A stretch of 64,000 nucleotides of DNA from Parasitella parasitica NRRL 2501. Its lineage: Eukaryota > Fungi > Mucoromycota. The notes beneath the pieces are model-generated. The model saw only the letters and a list, made by a program, of their open reading frames with translations, had not been told where the DNA came from and did not search any database. Below, piece after piece: positions 38,521 to 51,445 of this stretch. Position 1 is the first letter of the stretch. Every line of letters begins with the position of its first letter. The position numbers and the translations under genes are program-made. The stretch covers positions 126,202-190,201 of the forward strand of contig MU619253.1 in NCBI GenBank assembly GCA_025201805.1. Reading direction: 5' to 3'.

Positions 38521-41472
38521 ATGACGATGACGATGTTGTTGTTGTTGTTGCTGCTGCTGCTGGTGGTTGTGGCGGTGCATTTCGTTTAAAGACACCTCTT
38601 AATAATCTACCATGATCGTCTTCAGATGTAGCTCGTTTCCGGGGAGAAACACTGCCATTCTGAGTAGAATCTGACTCGTCCTTGTTGTTGTCATCTTCTT
38701 CCAGCTCGTTTGCGTCGTCTTGCTCGATGCATGTTTCTGCAGGAAGAGTATCTTGGACGTGAAAGAACATGGCGACAAAGGTTCGTAAAAAATTCCTCAC
38801 TTTTTGCTTGTCGAGCTTGGAAAACCCAGTTTGCTTGTCCATAAAAGAGCAGATCAGTCGAGCAATGTCCTTGAACAGCGTATCATCCTGGAATTCATGC
38901 TGGAACTGCACAGGCTCATTAGGCTTCTCCTTTTGTAGTGACTCGATTTCTGCTATCAGACCCTTGTTTGCCATGGCTTTACGATCATTCATCTTGAACG
39001 TGGTGCCTTGATAGTCCAGAGAACGGTAGAAATTCTTTGAATCAATATCTCTCCACACCCTGTTCCACTCCCGTTGTGCTCTCCTCCATTCTTTGTCCTT
39101 GAGTTCAAGACGCTTAAGCACAATGGGCACAACGCTGGCAGGTCTGCGGTAAAGCATGTCGATAATTTCAGATCCTCTCTCATTATCGTAGATCTTTCTA
39201 ATAATGCGCTCGTAGATTGACACGGTAGGACCACCTAGGCCAGGCTCTAATCGCATGAACTTTAGCTCTTCTGGTGACATTTGCTCGATGCGATTCGCAA
39301 TAGGCTTCAAAAGCGAAATCGTATTCAAGTTTGCTTCGATATTGAGATCGTATTCATATCTTTCCTCTTCGCACCGATGCAAGGCCTCCTCATATTGGTT
39401 CTTTTTGGATGCTACAAAGCCACTGTCTTCACTTGCCCAAATTGGATGCGATACAAATTCATCATTTAGTACTTCCCAGCACATCTGATCCCTGCCAGAA
39501 CAAGGCTGATGCTGCCATTCTTTGGAGACTATGCGATAACTGGGACTATCTTTGACAGCATCGCACTTGTTCAGATCAGGCTTGGGAGCAGATACAGCTG
39601 GCTTCTCGATAGCTGGCTCCTTGGACTCGTAGCCAATAGTGTACTTGAAAGCGTCCATCAATTCCTTGCGATTACCCAGAAAGCCTTTTACTTGTGTCAC
39701 TAGCGTATCCATATCCACAATTTCTTGGGTGTAAAGATTGAGCAGCTTGAGGAATTCTTCATAGGAGGGCTTGTTGCCAATGTGTTTTTTGATTCTATCA
39801 AATAGATCTACTTCTTCTGCAGAGACACTGGGTCTTTGGGGATCGAACAGGCTGTAGGACATGGTATCCTCTTCCTCTTGCATGTATTGCTCTTGGTATA
39901 ATTTTGCTTTCTTAGTTGCGTGGCCCTTTTTCTGTTTTACAGGAGACAGCACCCTTTTGAACCCTATATTGCTAGTTGAGCTTGTGTCATATGAAGGCGG
40001 CGAAAGTTGCTGGTACTGCGATGACGAAGATGGCGTAGAAGCAGAGGTGATCTCGGGCAAAAACTGTCTGAATTCTTCCAGCAGGTCGTCCGCACCGTTG
40101 AATAAATACCGCACCTGCTCAAACACCTGCTCAATTGGCTTTTGCTCCTTTTGGTATGTCTGTAATACCTCAAGAAATTGCTTGTAAATATTGGGGTTGT
40201 GAGCAAATCGGTTCTAGACATGAGTTTGCTTTAGTATGCGGTTTCTCTGTTTTCACACGTATTTCGACGGAATTACCTTGATTCTGTTTACATAGTTGAT
40301 GGCGTGATTGAATTCAACGGGGGGTTTCTTTTCAGTAATCAGCCGTGGGGGTGAAGCAGGCAAAGAGGAAGCGTATTGTGCTGCTGAATGGGTCGGTATG
40401 TGTGGAGGAGGGAGAGAGGGGGGCAGGTGGTGATGCATGGGCGGAGCAGCAGCAGCAGCAGCAGCGGTAGTGGTGTTATTAAAATGTCTGTTTGTCGTGT
40501 TGAAAGGGGGTGGTAGGACTGAAGTGTTATTGGTATGCATTGGCGGTGGTTGTGCTATTACAGCTTGTGGTGGTTGCGGTGCCAAATACGACGATGACGA
40601 TGTGGAAGAGTTGGAGGGAGGATAATATTGATCCTGATGTAATAAATGCTGCTGCGATTGCGGCTCCATTTTCATCATGTCTTCGGTGGTAGATGTAGTG
40701 GATGTAGTCGTGTTGCCATTAGGAGTTGTAACAATGATTCGATTGGGATCTCTTGGATCCACAGAGCACTCGATGCGGTATCCAGTGGGTAAGAAGGTAT
40801 TAAAGCCAGAAATTAACTGAGGATGTCCTTTGAATAAAGTAGACACTTGCTGAATCACACCCGGCGTGTCGATGGCCTGGCTTTTGAAATCTTTCATTAT
40901 ATCTAAAAACTTGTTGTATACTTTTGGATTGTCTGCAAACCGCCCTTTGACTTGATCCAGGTAGGCCAAAGCATCAATCACATTCAATGGCCGATAACCA
41001 TCGCTTTTAGGTGAAGCTGGGTTCCCTTTCTTGGTGCCTGATGCCGTAGTTTCCGCTGCAACGTGTTGCGATGTCTCGCTGTAATTTAGCCTGCTTCTTG
41101 ATCCCAATGCAGACGAAGATAGAGGAGGCATCTGTGTATTACCCATATTACCACCATCCCCATTGTTATTTTTGGCGGTGACTAAACCAGCAGCAGGCGC
41201 AGTGGTGGTTGGAGTGCTGTAGCTGTGATGTGAGGTTATTTGAGCGGGCGCAGGTAGAGATGAGTAGGAAGAGGGGTATTGGTGTCTCGCTGTCTGTATC
41301 TGCTGTTGCGGATTTAGATGATTATGATGACTATAAGGTATGGTACCCACGAGTGAAGAAGTAGGCACCACTGGTCTCCTAGAGCTTGGGCATTATTAAC
41401 GCTGCCACCATCGTGGACCAAGGGTCAGGCTTACCTCGGATCTGTCTGAGATGATTGATTAGGCACTGTCAT
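37248..41472 (-). CDS. SIN3: Sin3 transcriptional co-repressor (PAH1-3, HID, Sin3a_C)
   Basis: [87 protein letters not shown]. Confidence 0.96.
38488..38570. repeat. Compound trinucleotide microsatellite (CTG/GAT/GTT) encoding poly-Ala/Ser/Thr in SIN3
   Basis: Consecutive (CTG)n, (GAT/GAC)n, (GTT)n and (GCT)n runs seen directly. Confidence 0.9.
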
Positions 41473-41748
41473 GTTTTCTCTCAAGTACGATTCAAGAGAA
41501 AAAGAAAGAAAAAGAAAAAGCGTTCTTTTGGAACAAAAGTATTGTTATTTCTGGATCTTAAAAGCCTTATGATATACTCTCCCCCACCCCACCCCCCTTT
41601 ATTCCCTGAGTGGAGAAAAACTTCCTTTGAGTCACGTACATCCACATACCGTCTAGAGGCACCATGTCCTATAAACCCGTTCAAGTTACACACATAAATT
41701 AACTACAGAGGATAAATCTTTTCGTAATCTCTCTCTCTCCAGCAAAAC

Positions 41749-42639
41749 ATGTATTCTCGCCCTGCTTCTCCAACAATTCAAAAGTCCAATGTACCTATAC
41801 CATGGAAGATGAAATTAGAAAGCAGTTTTGAACGTAATTACAGCAGCGCCGACATGGACAGCGGTATGAAACACACATAAATATATCTTTACTGCCTCGT
41901 ACCGGTATATTAATCGTATACATGTAAAGCCTATGTCTCAATGTGCAATATTAAAAGATCAGGGGATGTATCAATGCATTGCCTGCAGTTTCGAGGTTTT
42001 TTAAAAGATGATGCCCGGTTCCTTAAATTCTCTTTAGCCATGAATGACAACATATTGATGGGGGATATCAAATCTGACCCAAATGCCAAAATTAGCTGGT
42101 ATGCACATGTAGTAAATGGCAATTCGTTTTCTAATGAAAAGTAGGACCATGCCAAAAACTCGAGAGTACTACCATTTTAAAGGCAAATTTTACATTGCAT
42201 CTGCACCTATTCAAGTAACCCGATTCCCGCCTCCAAAGATTATCGACGACGACACAAGCTCATCCGATTACTGGGAGAATCAACGCATACAACAATGGAA
42301 GAAACTCGATGCTAGATCTCGCGCAACATTCACATGGCCGTCCAGAGCGGAAATGCCAAAAGCTGATGATGTTTCGTTCTCCTGTCAATCGCTGAGTAGC
42401 TCAGACGACACACTTGTGCATGATATAGCTATGGATAACTTTTGCTTGTTGGTGTTTAAAGTTACGGATGTCGAACATTTTGATTACTCGGATTTTCCTC
42501 CCAAGAGACGGGTAAATGCAGCAAACACTTTTATATATCTAGTCTTCAAAATATTAATGCAAAGATTCTTTTTATATATTAGATCTACAAGCTTTCAGTA
42601 AAAACTAGCCTGTGGGATATCCAAACAGCAAACCCCTAA
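41749..42639 (+). CDS. Pyridoxamine 5'-phosphate oxidase-like split-barrel protein (YGR017W/Alr4036-like), diverged
   Basis: PWKMKLE, QFRGF, DPNAKISWTMPKTREYYHFKG, QWKKLDARSRATFTWP, NFCLLVFKVTDVEH; three introns. Confidence 0.75.
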
Positions 42640-43360
42640 CCTGAGGTATAGTATGATTGTGGAATAAAGTCGTATTTTCTCTTTTTTTTTTTTTTCCCGG
42701 GTTTGACCAAGGATAAAATACACAAATATCAACTGTAAGCAGCAAGTTGTCATTTCTGCAATGCAGTAGTCCAACTGTCAAAGTTAAAGCAGTGAAAATA
42801 AAATTTGTTTTCAGCATTCTTCCAAGATACGTTATCAGTTCTATACGTCTATAGCTTAACAGATATATATTTATAAGCATCAAGACAGTAGATATTATCT
42901 ATATAAATATGCCTCATTGTCTAAAACAATGCAAATTTTTGAGATTACCTCTGTCATTAAAGTTTTGAACAAGGTATTTTCATTGATAAGTGGGATTCAC
43001 GCCCGGCATGGAGCAAAACGTTCATTTTCAAAAGTTTCGAATGACATTTAATTGACCCCACATGCTGGCTACATGATATTACGGTACTACCAGCATAGTG
43101 TGAGACATACATCAATGGTAAGCAATCGTTGAAAGTAGAATTAAACGTTGAAATGTCAAACATTTTGTTTAGTTGCATGAGAATTGAGCAAATCAGAGTT
43201 TACACTATCATTTTTGAACAATCGTAGCTCCTACATCCCGTCCTAATCAATTCCTCTCCAACTGACATTCTAACCATATCCTTCGTACATGAACCATCCG
43301 GAAAAATAGTATAATCATTTGTGGGTTTATTCTTGATTTTATTATACAATTTACACTAAT

Positions 43361-43881
43361 TTAATCGACCCATCTATATCCACAACCTCTGTTGCCGCAA
43401 ACATAAAATAGCGTCATTTTTGTGTCGGCACGTCTCGAAGATGACTGGAAAAATACGGCCTCTGGATGTCCACACTTGCCACATTGGACATTAGCTCTAG
43501 GCTATGTAAATAAGAATTTAGTTGTTGTATCTACTTTATGCGATCTCACAACTTACAAGAGTAGGATCTGTACTTAGATCAGCCAGCATCATAGTTTGTT
43601 CACTTTATAGGAATACATTAGATCAGAAGGTCAAGATGGCATTTTGCAAAAATACAAACGAGGGGGCGTGCACAATTTCATGACGATAGACACACAAATT
43701 TTCAGCCTGCTCTTGATATTCACAATTACGACAAGCAAACATTAGTTTTCTTTCGCTTTTATCTTCTCTGGGGTATAGTAAATTGTTGCTATGAGGGCGA
43801 TGGACGAGAATCAGTGTCACAGATAACTTGATAATGGTTGTTAGCTAGTTACCATTCTAAACAATATTTGAATGTGGCCAT
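43361..43881 (-). CDS. RPB9: RNA polymerase II subunit RPB9
   Basis: [48 protein letters not shown]; three introns. Confidence 0.95.
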
Positions 43882-43994
43882 ATCGACAATATGAATGAAA
43901 TGTGAAAAGAGTTGTAGAAGCAACTCAAGATATTTTTTTTTTTATTCAGAAAAGGAGGATGGAGGGAGTCACGGAAGCTGTGGGGCGATGCCTT

Positions 43995-45194
43995 TTATTG
44001 CTGTTGTTTGACACCCTTCACAATGATAGGAACCAGCCAAGGTTTAGCTCTTAACAATCCAAACAAGAAACTGGAAACTTTCAAAAAAATTCTGTTTGAA
44101 AGACTTATGCCAATTCCATATTTCGCTGCTGCATTGTACTGCGTGTCAAATGAATGAGATAGCCCACCAAATACAAGATTTCGATCCAGTTGGTCAATCT
44201 CTACCCCCTCATAGCCAATATTCTCGAGATGGTCCGCATATTCCTCTACTGTGACTAAATTTTGGATTGGTACATGTACTGATTCACAAACAAACTGGAA
44301 GATCCTTCGCTGGAGTGAAGTTGCCTTGTGTAGAAAATCGGGTTCGATCGCTAGATCGTATAGCCCAATGGACCCATTCTGATTGAGCTTCTTGAAAACA
44401 GTTTCTAGGAAATTCCAGCGAGTATTGTAATGGTACGCCGAATCAATGCATATAATATGGTCAAATGTATCGTTCGCTGATAAGACTTCTTCAAGATTAT
44501 CTGCTGATCCATGTACAAGAGAGATGTTTTCTTTCAAAGGCGAGGATTTTAATCTATTATTTGCAATCCTCCATTGTGATGACTCATTTGTAACCCCCTT
44601 TCAAGTAGGAAAACTTAGTGTGTCGCTGGAAAGATTGCTTTAGTCTTTTGCTTACCATTACTTTTGCCCTGTATTGATCTAAGGAAGAGTTGCTCTTTTT
44701 AATCCATCATGAGTTTTCGTAGCCGAAAAATTGTTGCTTACCTGCCAACATGATACAGGAATCTCCACACCCAAAACCAACATCTATGCGAAAACAAGCT
44801 TATCAGTATGTGAAGGGTACTTTACATTATTTTTATTACCCAATACAGTTGAATTTGGCCTGATATTCATTTTGCTTGCAACTGCATGAACCAAATTTTC
44901 ACAAGCTTCTGGAAAACTCATATCCTTTTCATCCCATAAACCCATGTTAAACCAAAGAGTCTGTGGAGGAAGATGCAAATTGAATAATAGATGCCTTAGT
45001 CCATAAATCTCGTTTTTATCCGTTAGCGTCGCTATATGTTCTTCGTTTGTTGAATTGATTAATATATACAGGATACACGTTATACCCAAGGCATGTAAAT
45101 AGGTCAAAGCGCTTTTTATAGGGCCATCAGTGTATGTTAGAATTAAAGGAAGAAGACTAAAGTATCCAGCAACAACACTAATGTTAAATAGCAT
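43995..45194 (-). CDS. Class I SAM-dependent methyltransferase with N-terminal transmembrane helices
   Basis: LWFNMGLW..FPEACENL; motif I VLDVGFGCGD after splicing; FDHIICIDSAYHY; 23-nt microexon 44656-44678 restores the frame. Confidence 0.82.
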
Positions 45195-45817
45195 GGTGAT
45201 AAACAAAAGAGGCGGCTATCATATCGTTTGAAGCCGAGCTTTAGTCTTGGTGCGTCACGCTGAGTTCCTTGATAAATGATGAAACACCACTCAATATTGC
45301 AATACCAGAGCCATCAAGTTGTTATCCACAATCTTTTGCTATTGGAAATGCTCAAACATTCACTCAATAATAAAGCAAGTTTTTCAATTTCACTACGAAT
45401 CATAATATTAGTAAAATAACCCTAAAGTATGTGGGAAATACAGCTAATAGAAATGTATAGAACAGCAAGCTATTATTTCTTGCCAAGATGCCTAGATATT
45501 CATTTGGTAGAACCTGGATAGTTACGTTTCACAGAGGGCAAATTTGCTTTTGCAGGTAGTGAATAATTTAAAAGGTTCAGGGTCTTGATAGTACGAAAAG
45601 TCTTCAAAGTCTATTTCATCAAATGATGGGGGAACTTCAATGAAAGTCAACAGGCATTGGATTAATGTGATGTGTATTATTTTGAATAATTTTTATGATG
45701 TTGAAAGAAATCAAGGGAGCAGACGTTAATGAATTCCTCACGATAATCATACGATTGACACCCAAAGATTCATTGAAAAAAAGGCTCTTATAGCTACAAT
45801 AAAGATAAATTTACTTT

Positions 45818-48800
45818 TTAATATCTGTTTGTGTTTCGTCGCTTTTGTTTTTGTGCTTCGGCTTGTTGAATATGCTTGAAACCATTGATGAGGTCGTCAA
45901 CTTGAGCATAAGAAACATCACGTAATCGATAACCGTCAGGCAAAACTCTCACAACCTATCTAACGTTAATATAGTGTGCTATAGTCATATAAGTAAAAAT
46001 AGAAATACATACCCAACGCATTGGAGGGCCACGAATGCTCAACTTGAACCCTAAATCAAAGTAGCCCGGCTTTTCGCTTTGACAGAAACCATACGCAGAC
46101 ATTTTGGGGTTGGCCTGCGTCAATGCCGTCAAATGTTCATTCAATACACGAGTACCACCTGGTTGGTATTTAGGATGAGACATTAACTCCTCTACTTTAC
46201 GAGCCACTGCTTCAACATAGGTAACAATCAATTCATCCAAATCTTCATATGTTTGGTTGCCGATTTTCAGTCTAGCAGGTGCATGTGGATCATCCTTATT
46301 TTTGACCTCAACAACATCAAGATGCTGATACATATCTTCATCAACTTTCCAAGTGATAGCAATATGATCAAAGCCATGAGAAGAAGGACGGATGACTAAA
46401 TCACCACGTTGGCGGCTAGCCAAAAACTCTTCTGCCTCCATGTGATTGAAAGGTCTGAACAAGGGATGTTTGATAACACGAGTTGAGCGAGCTTGCTTGC
46501 GTCTACTGCTGCGGTGTTGTTCACGCTCTTTTGTTTCTTCTAGATGATCATAATAAGGATCCAGAGGCAACTTACGAAGTATATAATCAGAGCCAGGCTT
46601 GGTATCAGACGCTTTGCAAGACAGGTCCACCATGAATTTGTCGCGGTCAATACGAAGCACTTTACAATTGATGGTTTGTCCAACTTGCAGTACATCACCC
46701 ACATTCATAATACGATCATCCGATGCATTTTCAACGTAAATCATACCTTCCAGACCAGAGTCCAGAACGCAGTTGGCAATCTTACCACGAATAGCGACAA
46801 CCATGGCAGGAATGATGAAGCCTTCGCTCAATGTTTGGCGAGTCTCGCCGGTAACCATGATGAATGTCTCTTCGGTTGTAGGGCGACCGTAGCGTTGACG
46901 GCGGTCATGATAGGGACCTTGGAGTTCTAATTTGATGTGTTCCAAAATTTGACGCTTGGGAGCATTGTATTGCTTGCGTAAGACGACAGCATAGTCATCC
47001 AAAATCAAATCATTGAGCTTATCTGGGTATTCTTTAATGACACGAGTAACGACGGCCACCTTAGAGTCATAGTCGTCCATTTCATCTTCGTCAATTTCAA
47101 GGGCGTCAGCAGCCATCTTGCGAGCCAACTCATAATCTTGGGGATGAATACGAGTATCGTCGAGTATATCAGCACCATCGATGTCTCGAATGCGCAAGTA
47201 GCTAGCGCAATTCATGAATGTATTGGCAGGTGTCAATTTGCGTAAAACAAGGGCAGTACGGCTCTCTAGTTCACCAGTTGCTTCAATTTTTTTAAGAATA
47301 CTCTGAGACTTACGTGGACCAAAGCCGCAGACGTACTGAAGCGCATTTGCATGATACGCACTTGTGATGGCAGCATTGATATCGAAACCAAGATCGTTTA
47401 CAACACTTATGAGAGCGCGTTCCAGATAAAAGAAGAGAGTGTCCTCAGGGACCAGATATTGAAGATCGTGGTGGTGGATAGCAAGCAAATCACGACCCAG
47501 GCCAACATATTCCAAGACGGGGCTCTGCAAACGGCGAGCAAGCGAGATGCAGTAACGCATGGTTTCTGAATGTTCGCTGAACTCTTCCTGAGCACGACGT
47601 GAATTCTTGTACAGACGCGAGGCTTCATCGTCGACGACCACCATATCCATACGCGGAATGCCATTGTGTTCGTGCGATTGGTTAATCTCGCTTAACATTG
47701 TTTGCATATGCTTGATAACTCTGCGCGTTTCTGCATTATAGCCTGCGACACCGAGAACATTTGCCTTTTTGGACTTTATGAAATCAGACATTTCTTTCCA
47801 GTAACGCTCGTCCTTGAGGTTGGGCACCTGGATTTGATCGAGGATCTTACCCCTTTGATTCACGAATAAGGCAACGACAGGATCCTTGGGTGATCCATTG
47901 CCAGAAGAAACTGTGATAACACGAGGTAAGGGGCTCTTGAACTGCGATTCAGGGCCGCGGAAGGGGCCAACGTTGATCTTGTTGTACAGATTTTCAAATG
48001 AGGCTTGACAAATGGCCTCCTGAGCTTCGATCCTCAATTTCTCTCGCACATACTTGCTCATTAACGGCATCAGGTGCTCTTTCAGGGCCTGCTCGATGAT
48101 CTCTTTACGCTGATCGTTCCATTGCTGAGCTGTATCACTGTACGCGTCAGATACGTAGAATGTTGCAATGCGATTAAACCACGCAGGGTAGTCAGCGATG
48201 CTGATGGTAATTGTCAATAAATTATCGACCTCACCTTTGAGGATGTGTAGGAATTGGCCGTCGTTGAAATCGGTAATGGGCTTTTCAGTCAAGAATTTGA
48301 AAGGGTGCATAGCGTGCAGTTCGTCGATGACATTGTAGCCCTTCTCTGTGGGTCTCACAGTTACAGTGGCAAACGACTCCCAATCCCTACGCATAGCTTT
48401 TCTGACTTGCGGATCAAAGGCCATTTCCTGGGCAAGGACCGAACGCACACCCTTGAGGACTCTGGTGGGGTCAGGAAAGTTGGTATCGATGTATAGTTCA
48501 GCTTCAATGATAGGGTCAACAGATAAATCATCGGGTGTATGGCGAAGATTGCCTTCCATGTAGTTTGCTCCAAATTCTCTGGCCGAGATACCGAAACGAG
48601 ACAAACATTCACCAATCTTTGACGACTGACTCAAATTATACAGAGATTTGTTCATGGGGCGCTTAGGACCGTGTGTTTGCTGTTGCATAATGTTGATTTT
48701 CTCGCTGAATCTCAAGTTGATATAGTCTGTCAAATCTGTCACTTCTTCTACCTTTTCTACACGTTCCAACATGGTGTTGACATAATCATCGAAAATTTGG

Positions 48801-50304
48801 CACTTGGCAATGAATTCTTTCAACGCATTGCGACGATCAATAAAGCTGTGGTATTTGAAATCCAAATCGTAAATATCCCAAAGGTCTTTCTCGGTCAAAA
48901 TCTCTTTGCTGTGGCCAGTGATCTTGTCTACTTTTGTAAAATAATCGCGACGGTGGTCCTTGATGTGAGGGACTTCAAGAAACTCTCTAGTAAAGAAGCT
49001 GACTACATGGGCTACTGCAGACGTGAATTGATCGGTGGGCTGTTCCTCTCCACGACGACGAGCCATGATGCGAGAAATCCAGCCACCTTCTTCTTGCACT
49101 TGGTCGTTAGTGGCCTGTTCAAACGTCTTGTTGAGTCCCTCAAAACGCATTTGCAGACGCTCAGGAACATCACGCAAACGAATTTCATCATCTTCCTCGG
49201 TCATCATACGTTCAGCAAGTTCACTCGGCTCGAAAATATCTGTTAATTGAGGCTCACGTTCCTTTGCTGCTTCGGCCTCGTCGTCGTCGTATTGTGCCCA
49301 TTCATATTCAGCACCATCACCAAAAATATCATACATATCCATAAGAACGCTATGTTTCATTTGAGTAAAAAAAAAAAAGATCATATGTCAAATAAACATC
49401 ACACCCACATACTCTTCGCTAATGCCCTCTGGTAAGATATTCATCATATCCTTGCTAGCTTTTCCACGTCTTTTGCCATCATCATCATAGCCGCGAGGTT
49501 TACTCCTTTCGCCCAAAGTCTCGTTCAAGTCATCGTCATCGTCATCTTCATCAGCAATAAAATCGCCCATGTCGTCGTACGCATCGCGGTGTCTGTATCT
49601 GGCTCTATCATCGTATTCTTCAGCGTATTCATCACGACGACGATTGTCGCGGGAGGGCTCCTTTTCTGGCTGTTCTACAACGTCTTCGTCGTCAGAGAAA
49701 ATATTGTCGACGTTTGTATTTTCGTAAGTTTGTTCTTCGCGGCCACGTTTAAGACGCTTTAGTTTAGGCTAAAGTATACAGATTTTGTTACGAAGCAGAT
49801 TAGTAAAGCAGCAAAGGTGAAATACTTACGCCTGTTGAGCGGCTAAGCTTGATACCAGTATTTTCTTCTAGCAGATCCAAGTCCTCTTCATCTAAATCTT
49901 CGTCATCTATTTTAAAGAAGGGTTAAAGACAAGGTTGAAATCGTGACATGTTGGACAGTATTTACAGTCTTCGACCTTCTTTCTCTTTTTACGACGCACA
50001 GCGACAGTTTCTGAGGCATCCGACTCTTCATCGTCAACAATAAAGCCTTCTGCAATCTAATGATATGTAAATACTTTTGGCGTCGCTTTTGCGCTATTGA
50101 TATTACTTTTCGAGCTTCCTCTTCATCTTCTTCCTCCTCTTCTTCATCTTCATCGTCGTCGTCGTCGTCATCATCATGTACAAGATTGTTTCTTTTACGG
50201 GAGGAATAACCAATATCTTCGCCTTCGTCATCCGAATGCTGGGTGATACTAGTTTCCTCGTCCTGATCATACAAATTGGAATCTTCGTCGTCACTTCTTG
50301 ACAT
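45818..50304 (-). CDS. SPT6: Transcription elongation factor / histone chaperone Spt6
   Basis: Acidic N-terminus, IFEPSEL, DVPERLQ, YCISLARRLQSP, VCGFGPRKS, LDDTRIHPQDYELARKMAADA, S1 and tandem SH2 domains (IKHPLF..IRPSS); probable 5'UTR intron 50311-50371. Confidence 0.97.
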
Positions 50305-50998
50305 ATTCAACTAGATAAAAAAAACTAAGGAAAACACGACATGTATAATGCAGAATATTATAGAAACTTACACTAATCTTGTTTCAAACAGTTAAGTAAT
50401 GAAGAAGAAATAAAAAAGGGAAATCTCATCAAGATGTGTTTGTTTTTTTTTTTTTTTTTTCTGAATGAAATTTACCTCGAGTCACTGCTGTTCTCTTAAC
50501 GACTTACCGCCACTGCCCTTATAAAATACACTGCAGCTTCAGCTTTAATCAACTAAAAGCCAAATAAAACCGCTGATGAATGAGCAGCCTTTGAAAGTTG
50601 TTATATCAGAGGAAATAGACTTCTTAAGCAAAAATTCTGAGCAGTGATCTTTCAAATTTGCATTCCATGTTTGCAACCATTAACAAGAAGCCAATGAAAT
50701 TATTGCTTTTAGCATATTAGGGCACACCATATAAAAATGTTATTTATTACATGCAGAATATAAAACAAATTAAAGGGAGGTTACGAACGAAGGTGGTAGC
50801 ATAGAGCGGGTAAAAAAAACTTTTTTGTAACTTGGGTAAGGAGTAAAGAAGTGATGGCGAATTCTGTTTCATACATATGATACTATTTTTTGGGAAAGAA
50901 GAAGGGGAGGGGGGGGGGGGAAATCAACAGTAAAATATAAAGGAGATTAAGCATGTGTAAAAGTAAATATATATATACATTATCATCATAAAAAAAGA

Positions 50999-51445
50999 TT
51001 AAACAGCACAGCCAGGTGTCAGGCTTAACCTCACTGTTCTTTGAGGTTGCTCGAAGATTAAGGATTCCAACTCTTTAGCTTTTGGGGATTTTGGAGATGT
51101 TTCTTGGTTGCAATAGTCGGCTTCTACCAGCTGAGATGTCATATTTTGACTCTGATCTACTATTGAACCAGCAGTAGTTGATGAGCATGTGGAAGTCGAA
51201 GAATCTCGACGCTTCCATAATAGTGACAGTGAAGATGCAGATACAACTTGATTTCGTCGTTGGCGGTAAGAGTTTTCTTCCATACACGGTCTGAAACTAG
51301 CAGCAGAAGAACCAGTACTAGTGTGTTGCTCAACACTATTATGTGACATCCTTCGCACTTGACTATAGGTTGCTGTAGTATTCAAAAAGACCTTTTCATC
51401 TTCACTCAAGAAAGGAATATGAGTGGAAGTGGCGGAATGAGACAT
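50999..51445 (-). CDS. Small Ser-rich uncharacterised protein, paralogue A
   Basis: Intronless ~148 aa ORF; TATATAAA near 51518-51525; shares HIPxLS-E-FLNTTAT-RRMS and ELESLIFEQPQRTVRLSLTP-CAV blocks with 53297-53686. Confidence 0.8.
   Translation of the reverse strand: MSHSATSTHIPFLSEDEKVFLNTTATYSQVRRMSHNSVEQHTSTGSSAASFRPCMEENSYRQRRNQVVSASSLSLLWKRRDSSTSTCSSTTAGSIVDQSQNMTSQLVEADYCNQETSPKSPKAKELESLIFEQPQRTVRLSLTPGCAV

Noticed and set aside
42950-43310. Short stop-interrupted reading frames between the PNPOx-like gene and RPB9 (similar at 45450-45770)
   Set aside because: No identifiable product; could be chance
46544-49435. Several plus-strand ORFs up to 191 aa
   Set aside because: Antisense to the SPT6 coding sequence
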